Below, piece by piece: positions 27,075 to 34,891 of a stretch of DNA of 37,398 bases. The stretch's first letter is position 1; each line of letters starts with the position of its first letter. Source of the stretch: a virus. Lineage: Duplodnaviria; Caudoviricetes. The notes beneath the pieces are model-generated. The model saw only the letters and a program-made list of their open reading frames with translations, was not told the origin of the DNA and made no database searches. The position numbers were made by a program, and so were the translations under genes. The DNA lies in IMG/VR virus record IMGVR_UViG_3300032327_000277, positions 1 through 37,398 of that record. One strand, 5' to 3'.

Positions 27075-27142
27075 AGACACTTTAGATGCAAATACCCTTA
27101 TAGTGTTAGTAACGGGAGTATTAACCATTACAAAAGGTAATT

Positions 27143-27424
27143 ATGTCTGAAGCACAAGATGAAGCTATATTGCGCGTAAGCGCATCTAGCAACCCACAAT
27201 CCGTTGCGTCTGCTATCGCTCACGCAATCTATGAAAAAGGCACCTGCAAGATTCGCGCCGTAGGTGCAGGGCCAGTTAACCAAGCCGTAAAAGCAATTGC
27301 TATTGCCAGCGGTTATACCGCCCCTCGCGGTATTAGTTTAATTTGCATTCCAGGATTTCAATCAGTTGAAATTAACGGAGAAAAAATTAGCGCGATTGTA
27401 TTTAAAGTAAATTCAGTTAATTAA
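27143..27424 (+). CDS. spoVS: SpoVS-family (Alba-like) protein
   Basis: LRVSASSNPQSVASAIA, AVGAGPVNQAVKAIAIA, CIPGF, ISAIVF. Confidence 0.92.
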   Translation: MSEAQDEAILRVSASSNPQSVASAIAHAIYEKGTCKIRAVGAGPVNQAVKAIAIASGYTAPRGISLICIPGFQSVEINGEKISAIVFKVNSVN

Positions 27425-27487
27425 GCATAATTAGCTATTTAACGGTATCGTTGTAGTGTACCCGTCTTAGGCCAAAGAGGTAAAATT

Positions 27488-27799
27488 ATGGAACAACCAA
27501 ACAGCAAGTTCAAAACTATGGGAACAAGCGCTGCAAAGAGCTCAACCAACCCATCAGGTAGCCCTGAGCGTGGCAAGCTTGTAAAGCGTAAGAACACCGC
27601 AGCTGGTGATTCGAACGGTAAAAAGGGCGCGCAGGCAATGAAGCACATCACTTCTAAGCGCACCTACGGCATTACTACTAAGATGCCTTCCTACGTAGAC
27701 CCACAGATCGGCCCTACCCAGGGCAACGGTCGTCTGTTTAAAGCCGCTATCAACCGTGATAGCGCTAACTTTACAGACGGAATGAACAGCCATAACTAA
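27488..27799 (+). CDS. Basic low-complexity protein
   Basis: GAGG RBS; K/S/T/G-rich; followed by strong terminator. Confidence 0.75.
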   Translation: MEQPNSKFKTMGTSAAKSSTNPSGSPERGKLVKRKNTAAGDSNGKKGAQAMKHITSKRTYGITTKMPSYVDPQIGPTQGNGRLFKAAINRDSANFTDGMNSHN

Positions 27800-27811
27800 C
27801 CCAATAGTTTG

Positions 27812-27839
27812 AAAGCCCGCCGAAAGGCGGGTTTTTTTT
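27812..27839 (+). terminator. Intrinsic terminator
   Basis: CCCGCC-gaaa-GGCGGG-TTTTTTTT. Confidence 0.92.
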
Positions 27840-27932
27840 GCCCTAAGCATTTAATAAATTATCGGCAGTACTTGTGGCATAACGCGACATAGTGTGTTAG
27901 ATTAATAATCGACACTAACTGAAAGAAGGAAC

Positions 27933-28175
27933 ATGCTAATAGATGAATTAAAGCTGCTAGCTTCCAAAGCAACTTTAGAAGGCTGTGTTGTTAATATTTG
28001 GTTGCAAAGCCAAGACGCAGAGTTTAAAGAAGTGTTTGAAATTTTAAAAGACCGACCAAATTTAAATTTAACTGAAGCACTGGCACTTATCAAAAAGTAT
28101 CACCCAAATGCCCCGTTTAAGCGCACATCATTTGTAGCGCACCTGAGAGGAAAATGCGCGTGTCCGATAGCCTAG
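27933..28175 (+). CDS. Small protein with C...H-x4-C-x-C motif
   Basis: AAGGA RBS; overlaps phosphoesterase start. Confidence 0.7.
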   Translation: MLIDELKLLASKATLEGCVVNIWLQSQDAEFKEVFEILKDRPNLNLTEALALIKKYHPNAPFKRTSFVAHLRGKCACPIA

Positions 28176-29170
28176 CCAGAGAATTAGCCAAACTATTAGG
28201 TGAAGACCCTATAAAGTCCTTCCCTGTTACTCAAGCCCAGAAGTTAACCATTAAACCTGCCACAATTACCAAACCTAAAAAAGATAAAAATGGTTGGAAG
28301 TTAGCCGCATTATTACCTGACACACAGATCGGGTACCGAGTTTACGAAGATGGAAGCGTAATTGCGTTTCATTCAGAAGAAGCCATCGACATCGCCATGC
28401 AGATTCTAAACTATGCTAACCAGCAATTTGGCGTGGATACCGTAGTAAACTTAGGAGATACCCTAGACCTGCCCCAGCAGAGTCGTCATCACCAGGAAAT
28501 CGCGTTTCAGAACTCGACTAACTTGGCAATCCAACGTGCGTATGAGTACCTAGCACAACAGCGCGCCACAGCTCCTGAAGCAGAAATTGTATTCCTAGAG
28601 GGAAACCATGACTGCCGTATATATAAGTACCTAGCAGAGAACGCCCCAGCTGTTGCAAATATGCGCCAAGCAGGTACCACGCCTAGTGACTGGCCTGTAA
28701 ATAGCTTGCCACACCTTTTGCGCATGGACGAACTAAAAATCAAATATGCTAGCGGTTATCCCGCAGGTGAGTATTGGCTAAACGAAAACCTACGCTGCAT
28801 CCACGGAGACCGTGTTAACTCTAGTGGTAGCACCGCGATGAAGTACATCAATTCAAATCACCACGTTTCAGTAATTTATGGGCACATTCACCGAATTGAA
28901 ATGCTATACCACACAAACCACACCAGTAAAGGGCCTGCTAGAAACGCAGCGTTTAGCCCTGGATGTTTGTGCCGTGTAGACGGTTCAGTACCAAGCGTTA
29001 AAGGCGGAACTACCCCTAATGAAAAGCCTGTTAAGTACTGGGAAAACTGGCAACAAGGCGTAGGATTTGCTTGGTACAAAGACACAGGCGAATTCACCTT
29101 ACTATCAGTGCCAATTCTAGATGACTGGGCAGTATTTATGGGTCAAGAGTTTAGAACACAAATTAAGTAA
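28154..29170 (+). CDS. Calcineurin-like metallophosphoesterase
   Basis: PDTQ, GDTLD, GNHD, HG, GHIHR. Confidence 0.9.
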   Translation: MRVSDSLARELAKLLGEDPIKSFPVTQAQKLTIKPATITKPKKDKNGWKLAALLPDTQIGYRVYEDGSVIAFHSEEAIDIAMQILNYANQQFGVDTVVNLGDTLDLPQQSRHHQEIAFQNSTNLAIQRAYEYLAQQRATAPEAEIVFLEGNHDCRIYKYLAENAPAVANMRQAGTTPSDWPVNSLPHLLRMDELKIKYASGYPAGEYWLNENLRCIHGDRVNSSGSTAMKYINSNHHVSVIYGHIHRIEMLYHTNHTSKGPARNAAFSPGCLCRVDGSVPSVKGGTTPNEKPVKYWENWQQGVGFAWYKDTGEFTLLSVPILDDWAVFMGQEFRTQIK

Positions 29171-29190
29171 TTAATGTTTAAAATGGTGTT

Positions 29191-29718
29191 ATGCCAAGTC
29201 AAAACGTACAAAGCCTAGGTGCCGGGGGATTATACGGCACTTACACCAACTATGGTGGTGGAGGCGTCGCAGTCGCGCGTTCTGAACTTGATTACATGCG
29301 CCTGGGTGTCGGCAGAGAGCCGTCCGCAGAATACCCTGATGGTTACCTAGGAACAATTAGAACTCGCCGCGATGACCGCGGACGCCCTAATAGCGTATCT
29401 GAGCAGGTCCTTGATGGCCTAAAAGTGCGCCAAACACAACGTGGATATCAGCGTGGTGTGCATCGCGGCGAGCGAATCGATCCTAGTGATTATTACCTTC
29501 CGCCGCAGTTTGCGGAAAGTAGGGGCATCGCTAGGCAAATGGCTGCGGCTAAGAAGGGCGTACCCGTTTCACGGTTTGCGCCGTCATTCACGCTGGCTCC
29601 TGCCCCTCACCTAGTTAATGATGGTAAGGCTGGACCAAACGTAAAGGCTACACAGCCTTACGAAATTAATAAGCGTCGCGTCTCGCAGTTGAAGAACCTA
29701 AGTCCGAAGTGGGCATAA
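29191..29718 (+). CDS. Arg/Gly-rich hypothetical protein, probably leaderless
   Basis: TAAAAT (29179-84) 6 nt before ATG; no SD. Confidence 0.75.
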   Translation: MPSQNVQSLGAGGLYGTYTNYGGGGVAVARSELDYMRLGVGREPSAEYPDGYLGTIRTRRDDRGRPNSVSEQVLDGLKVRQTQRGYQRGVHRGERIDPSDYYLPPQFAESRGIARQMAAAKKGVPVSRFAPSFTLAPAPHLVNDGKAGPNVKATQPYEINKRRVSQLKNLSPKWA

Positions 29719-29719
29719 T

Positions 29720-29857
29720 ATGGATACTCCACAAGTAGGCACTATGACTGACCGTACAACAGATAACCAAATGGAATCTGCTGACGGCGCTGCTGTTGCT
29801 AAGCCAGAAGGTCGTAACGAAGCATTTAACAACGGTATGGGCAAAGGCGAATACTAA
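29720..29857 (+). CDS. 45-aa hypothetical protein
   Basis: Fills the gap exactly; TAATG coupling to next gene. Confidence 0.6.
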   Translation: MDTPQVGTMTDRTTDNQMESADGAAVAKPEGRNEAFNNGMGKGEY

Positions 29858-30219
29858 TGCCTAATACTGCAGATGGTAGTTACGGACACCGTCCCTGGGA
29901 TAGCAACAAGCCTTGGTTAGCATCAGATTTAGCCGCTATGCCACCTCAGGCATACATTGGCCCTTTTGCGTCTAACCAAGAGCGACTAGTTACTCAAGCC
30001 ATGCAAATTGGTAATATGAGCGGTCAAGAAATACAAAATTACGTGCGCCCGCCTTTGCCACAGGTAAAGCTATTTCCAAATAGATTTGGGTATGAAGTAG
30101 CGGAGTACGGCATTAAAGACATTGTAGAGATGACTGGTAGACCTCAGACTCGCGTAGACTTTTCACAACAGGCTACTACTACTGAATCTACTAGCCGAAA
30201 TACTTTAGGACAGGTATAA
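29857..30219 (+). CDS. Hypothetical protein
   Basis: Coupled 120-aa ORF. Confidence 0.7.
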   Translation: MPNTADGSYGHRPWDSNKPWLASDLAAMPPQAYIGPFASNQERLVTQAMQIGNMSGQEIQNYVRPPLPQVKLFPNRFGYEVAEYGIKDIVEMTGRPQTRVDFSQQATTTESTSRNTLGQV

Positions 30220-30220
30220 C

Positions 30221-30436
30221 ATGGACCTTACGTCTATTGACCCATCAGGAGATGGAACGAGTTATCCTACACCTTACCCAACGAGCGTTGAGCGTACGCT
30301 GTATAATGGGGATAAAGCCTGCACTGGCTGCGGATTAATTTTAAATCCCGTACAAGTACTTAATTCAGATATTTGCCCGTCGTGTAATAAGCGTAAGGCA
30401 GTAAAGCGAATCACTAATAAAATGGTGGAAGGTTAA
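30221..30436 (+). CDS. Small zinc-ribbon protein
   Basis: CTGC...CPSC. Confidence 0.7.
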   Translation: MDLTSIDPSGDGTSYPTPYPTSVERTLYNGDKACTGCGLILNPVQVLNSDICPSCNKRKAVKRITNKMVEG

Positions 30437-30438
30437 CT

Positions 30439-30705
30439 ATGGATTTTCACGACAAACGAAATGGCAACGTGCACGACCTTAGTATGCCTGGCTGGAACGA
30501 GCAAACCCCTAAAGAATGGGCAAATAGCGTAAAAAAGAACGCCCAGTCTAAAGCAGACAAGCCAACTAAAGCTAAAAAGCATGAGCATGAATTTGATGCT
30601 CCAGGAATGCAAGACGGTCCTTGCGTAGTCGGTGACTGTAACGCTTATATTAAGCGGAGCATGGCAGACAACGGAAAATGGACCTCGGAAGTTAAGGAAA
30701 ATTAA
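30439..30705 (+). CDS. Hypothetical protein
   Basis: 88-aa ORF, H-x-H ... C-x4-C. Confidence 0.65.
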   Translation: MDFHDKRNGNVHDLSMPGWNEQTPKEWANSVKKNAQSKADKPTKAKKHEHEFDAPGMQDGPCVVGDCNAYIKRSMADNGKWTSEVKEN

Positions 30706-30707
30706 TC

Positions 30708-30914
30708 ATGACAGTTAATAAAGCACGTTCAGAAAATGCTGAACTACTTGAAGGCGCAACTGACGGCAAGTACCGTAAGCGTCGCCCAAACACAACTGTA
30801 GCTCCAGGACAGGGTGACCAAACTGTTATACAGAACCGCGCTGGATTGCACCCTTACAATAACTGGGGTTTTGTAAACAGTGAAACCCCTAACAAGGTAA
30901 ACCCAGGAAAGTAA
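30708..30914 (+). CDS. Basic hypothetical protein
   Basis: AAGGA RBS; DGKYRKRRP. Confidence 0.7.
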   Translation: MTVNKARSENAELLEGATDGKYRKRRPNTTVAPGQGDQTVIQNRAGLHPYNNWGFVNSETPNKVNPGK

Positions 30915-30966
30915 CTAAAGTTAAAATCATATGATAGGCTAAACACCTATCTACTAGGAGCATTAT

Positions 30967-31461
30967 ATGAGTGACAAAGAAGAACAAGAACCGCACTTTA
31001 GGTTACTTGTGTGTAAAACTTGCCGCACAATTGATGAATTGCCGTCTGCGGATGAAGACCCAGGCGATACTTTACTAACTATTACCGCAGATCGCCACGG
31101 TGAACTGCACTACGGTCGCCTATGGAACGTCCCTAAAGCAATTTGGATGACCAAAGAGCTAAAAGAAGACGTAGTTAAACAATTATCTGGCGATGACGGC
31201 TCAGGGTTGGGCCTCCCTTTCTACAGCACTCGGATGCAGTTTTCAGAAGACGCCATGAAGTGCTACAGCCTACACAATCGGCCAAAAGGCGAATGTTTTG
31301 ACTACAAGTCTGAAAAGAAAAAGTTGTCTGCTGGCACTGAGGGTGCTCGTCGCGCTGAAAAACTAGACAAATATTCAGGCCCGACTATTTACCTATGCGA
31401 TTTCTGCCCTGTTAAATCCCACGTACAAAATAAGTTCTACCAAAAGAAAGGCATATCCTGA
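30967..31461 (+). CDS. Cys/His-rich hypothetical protein
   Basis: CKTC..H..H and C-x3-H...C...CDFC; AGGAG RBS; upstream TATGATAGGCT. Confidence 0.8.
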   Translation: MSDKEEQEPHFRLLVCKTCRTIDELPSADEDPGDTLLTITADRHGELHYGRLWNVPKAIWMTKELKEDVVKQLSGDDGSGLGLPFYSTRMQFSEDAMKCYSLHNRPKGECFDYKSEKKKLSAGTEGARRAEKLDKYSGPTIYLCDFCPVKSHVQNKFYQKKGIS

Positions 31462-31718
31462 TGACCGAACAACCAGACGAAGCAACCACCGAAGAAGTTC
31501 CAGTATTTGAAACTGGTTTTATGATATTAAAGTCTAAATCAGGCAGCTGGCACGTACTTACTGACGTAACCTCCCCGCTAAACATTGAGCGCGAAGTAAC
31601 CATAAACGAAGTTCGCCTAGGCTCGTCAGAGGTCGTGTACTCGATTGGTCAGCAACAACTAGCGGCTTTAGTTATAACCGCTTTGTCACCGCGTGACCCA
31701 AGTACAATGGAAGAGTAA
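31461..31718 (+). CDS. Hypothetical protein
   Basis: TGATG coupling; 85 aa. Confidence 0.7.
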   Translation: MTEQPDEATTEEVPVFETGFMILKSKSGSWHVLTDVTSPLNIEREVTINEVRLGSSEVVYSIGQQQLAALVITALSPRDPSTMEE

Positions 31719-31737
31719 CTACACTTTAGGAGAGCCC

Positions 31738-31947
31738 ATGTTTATTGAAATGTCCTGCAAGTGTGGGGCTATGATTCAACTCGATGGGTTTAATGATAGT
31801 TTTACTGAACTAACGACTGTGCGTTTCCTAGATGCGCATATCACTTGTGGTTTTGTAAGCCCAACCAAAAAAGAAACTCCAGAGCGCACTATCCGCAGAG
31901 AGTTTGACATAAAACAAATTGTTCAACAAGACGAAGATGAGGACTAA
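31738..31947 (+). CDS. Small putative zinc-binding protein
   Basis: AGGAG RBS before ATG 31738; CKCG...H-x2-C. Confidence 0.7.
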   Translation: MFIEMSCKCGAMIQLDGFNDSFTELTTVRFLDAHITCGFVSPTKKETPERTIRREFDIKQIVQQDEDED

Positions 31948-32841
31948 ATGCTAGAGCAAAGCGAAACATCGTATTTTAGCGAGCCCTCCGCTGTCTTGGA
32001 CCCAAGATTGTTTAGAAATGACAAGCTACAATCTTCAGTTCGCTTGGCTGTTCTACAGTTATTATTTAACCATTTAAATGACAACTACACAGGCGGCGAA
32101 GCTTGGTCACGCGTGTGGCTTGCCGGATCTGGAGTTTCTTACCAGTGGGCTGCTAATCGCGAACCTGGAGATTTAGACTGCTTAATAGGAATTGATTACC
32201 CTAGATTTCGTGAATCAAACAATAGATTTGCAGGGTTAAGCGACGCAGAAGTGGCATCTACGCTTAATGAAGGATTTCGTGAGCAACTCCACCCAATCAC
32301 TGAGCGTTTCCTGGGAGCGTTTGAATTAACCTTCTATGTAAATGTCCGTAGCAATATTTTAGACATAAAACCCTATGCTGCCTACTCACTTACGGATGAC
32401 GACTGGGTTGTTTCCCCTGAGCCTATCAAGTTTACTGCCCCTGAATCCTGGGGAACCGCAGCTTCTGGTGATAAGACTCAGGCTATTAACATTTTGACTA
32501 ACTACCAAAATGCTAAAGCTAAATACGAAACTGCTAATAATGACGCTATTAAAGCAAACGCTAGGTCGGAAATGCGTGTGGCCATGTCACAGGCTGCTGC
32601 GCTATACGAGGGTATCCACCAAGGCCGTTCTAATGCGTTCAGCCCGTCTGGCGAGGGCTACACAGACTTCTATAATTACCGTTGGCAAATTGGTAAGCAA
32701 TCAGGAGTTGTTCAAGCATTACGCGCATTAAAGAATGAAATGGACGCCGAAGATACGGCGTTAAACAATAAAACATACGGTGTAGATTTACCTAGCGCTG
32801 ACATATTAATTAGACGCGCTACAACTAGACGCCCCATTTAG
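31948..32841 (+). CDS. Pol-beta superfamily nucleotidyltransferase
   Basis: hGS (LAGS), DLD, third carboxylate in FELTFYV; helical C-domain. Confidence 0.7.
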   Translation: MLEQSETSYFSEPSAVLDPRLFRNDKLQSSVRLAVLQLLFNHLNDNYTGGEAWSRVWLAGSGVSYQWAANREPGDLDCLIGIDYPRFRESNNRFAGLSDAEVASTLNEGFREQLHPITERFLGAFELTFYVNVRSNILDIKPYAAYSLTDDDWVVSPEPIKFTAPESWGTAASGDKTQAINILTNYQNAKAKYETANNDAIKANARSEMRVAMSQAAALYEGIHQGRSNAFSPSGEGYTDFYNYRWQIGKQSGVVQALRALKNEMDAEDTALNNKTYGVDLPSADILIRRATTRRPI

Positions 32842-32853
32842 GAAGATTAACTC

Positions 32854-33309
32854 GTGGCAATCGTACTATTTATGGATGGCGTTTTACGGTCTAGTAATAA
32901 AGTTCCTATTTACGAAGGTATTTCTTTATATAAGTCACTTAACGCAAATGGCACAGTCGCCCTCGCTTGCGATGACCAAGAAGAAGCAGTCCGCTGGTGC
33001 AAAGAGCACAAACTTACTGACGTAGACGCATTCATATCTAATAAGACTGTTGGCGAATACGAGGATAAAAACTTCCTCAAAATACAACACCAGCAGTCCT
33101 CTGGGCCGTTACATATGGTAGTCCTTGCAGATGTGGATTTGGCTAAAACCTGTTTACAAAATGGTATTAAGACATTACTTTGGCTACACCCTGTATACCT
33201 TAGCCCTAAGTTCAGGCCAGATGGCAGAACTGGGAGAAAAACTTGGGGTGAGTTAGTTGGGGAACTAGACAAACAAGTTGACATGATGTTAGAGGATGAC
33301 CGCGTATGA
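32854..33309 (+). CDS. Capless HAD-fold protein with degenerate active site
   Basis: IVLFMDGVL (F in place of nucleophile Asp); PNKP-phosphatase-like layout; motif IV region VVLAD. Confidence 0.55.
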   Translation: MAIVLFMDGVLRSSNKVPIYEGISLYKSLNANGTVALACDDQEEAVRWCKEHKLTDVDAFISNKTVGEYEDKNFLKIQHQQSSGPLHMVVLADVDLAKTCLQNGIKTLLWLHPVYLSPKFRPDGRTGRKTWGELVGELDKQVDMMLEDDRV

Positions 33310-34748
33310 GTAAAATAATTTTCTTAGGCGCAGAAGTTCCTAGTAATAAGGTTATCTTAGGCCAGATGAACGCTAAGCGTGTCGGTTTTAGCTACTGGGG
33401 CGCAGTCAAGCGTGGCTTGCCTACTACTAAAAAGTTTTTACTATCCGATAGATTTGCTGATGACGTAGAGATTTATGTATTTGCTGGGATACCTGCGACA
33501 GCACAATTGACAGAAGACGAGCTACACGAGTTTTGCGCTGACTACGAGACTTTTATTTCTGAGAATCTAGATCGAATCACTATTTTCACTGAGGCAGTAC
33601 ATTCTAATTTGTCAGAAGAATTTATAAAAGAACAGCGTGCAAACGCTTGGGATGACGTAGACGACGATAAGTTTGGTGTGATTTACACTGCTGGTAATCT
33701 AGAAGATTTAGCGGTTAGATATTTAAATATATTTATGGCAGGAGATGTCGCAGAAGCACTGTCACCAATTTGTCGCAAACTTTCTCACCAGCACGGGACT
33801 AAATTTCACGTTATGGGAATGGCTAAGCCTGACCTATTACGTAATTCACCATTTGAAAGTACCACCACCCTCGCTTGGCTATCACCGATGATGCGCGGAG
33901 AGACTATCGTGTGGTTTGGTAATCAATTACACCGTTACCCTAAGCGAATGAAAGACCAGGCACGTTCTCGCTATAAAGCCGCGTACGAGGCCGCTAATTT
34001 AGACTTTGACAAGATACTCGCAGACGACGCAGTAGAGGTTTCTAAGCTGGCTGTGTGGTCATATCAGCAGTTAGAAGCGTGGGTCAATAGTACGTCACAT
34101 ATATCAGATATAAGTGCCCAAAATTCACCCCCCGAAACCACACAAACTACCCCCTCTAATGCTGATATATCAGGTATGGAACCAAACAAACTTATTGCAA
34201 GAAATCCCACCGAAATACGTACTTTGCCTGTGCTTGGCGTCGAAGTTTCTCGGGTAATCGAGACTGACGAGACTGGGCGCGACGTTATTAAAGACGTCCC
34301 TGTCATCCGCTCAAACAGCACTAGCCTTCGTCAGTGCAATACCTGTTTTGTTAAGGATACCTGCCCTGCTTATAAACCTGATAATGCCTGTGCATTCAGC
34401 CTCCCTGTTGAGGTAAAAACTAAAGAACAATTAAAGGGCTTAGTCAACTCGCTCCTTGAGATACAAGGGCAGCGGGTGGCATTCGCTAAGTTTACCGAGG
34501 ATTTAAATGGCGGTTACCCTGACCCAAACGTTGGTCAAGAAATGGATAGATTCTTTAAAATGCTTAAAACAATTAAAGAATTAGATGAGTCCAAAGAGAT
34601 GATGAGAGTAACCGTAGAGCGAAGCGGAGGCGCTGGCGTGCTATCAAGTTTATTTGGTGACCGCGCTCAAAAGTTAAATGAATTACCTAATAATGGGTAT
34701 AACGAAGAACAAACAAATGAGGTAATTAAGAAGATAAACGAGTCCTGA
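33306..34748 (+). CDS. Degenerate tRNA-guanine-transglycosylase-like barrel + linker + Cys4/helical C-domain
   Basis: IIFLG, FSY, YETFI, FHVMG, PFESTTTLAW..RG parallel phage TGT-like motifs; CNTC-x5-C-x8-C. Confidence 0.5.
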   Translation: MSKIIFLGAEVPSNKVILGQMNAKRVGFSYWGAVKRGLPTTKKFLLSDRFADDVEIYVFAGIPATAQLTEDELHEFCADYETFISENLDRITIFTEAVHSNLSEEFIKEQRANAWDDVDDDKFGVIYTAGNLEDLAVRYLNIFMAGDVAEALSPICRKLSHQHGTKFHVMGMAKPDLLRNSPFESTTTLAWLSPMMRGETIVWFGNQLHRYPKRMKDQARSRYKAAYEAANLDFDKILADDAVEVSKLAVWSYQQLEAWVNSTSHISDISAQNSPPETTQTTPSNADISGMEPNKLIARNPTEIRTLPVLGVEVSRVIETDETGRDVIKDVPVIRSNSTSLRQCNTCFVKDTCPAYKPDNACAFSLPVEVKTKEQLKGLVNSLLEIQGQRVAFAKFTEDLNGGYPDPNVGQEMDRFFKMLKTIKELDESKEMMRVTVERSGGAGVLSSLFGDRAQKLNELPNNGYNEEQTNEVIKKINES

Positions 34749-34765
34749 TATATCTGATATATGTG
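34096..34765. repeat. 17-bp inverted repeat pair and five CTGATATAT motifs
   Basis: CACATATATCAGATATA (34096-112) / TATATCTGATATATGTG (34749-65); palindrome CTGATATATCAG (34162-73). Confidence 0.8.
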
Positions 34766-34891
34766 CCAATTTTATTATGAACTGGCACAGGCAAAAATAA
34801 CTTAAAAAGAACACACCAAATACTTACTAATCGAACTACACCACTACGAAATAACATATACTGGAACACCATTCAAAGAACAGGACACACC

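Noticed and set aside
33306-34748. Active DpdA-type 7-deazaguanine DNA modification
   Set aside because: Apparent catalytic aspartates are missing and no folE/queC/queD/queE genes are in the window
34766-34891. NrdR boxes or cobalamin riboswitch upstream of nrdJ
   Set aside because: No palindromic NrdR-like 16-mer; too short and G-poor for a B12 riboswitch
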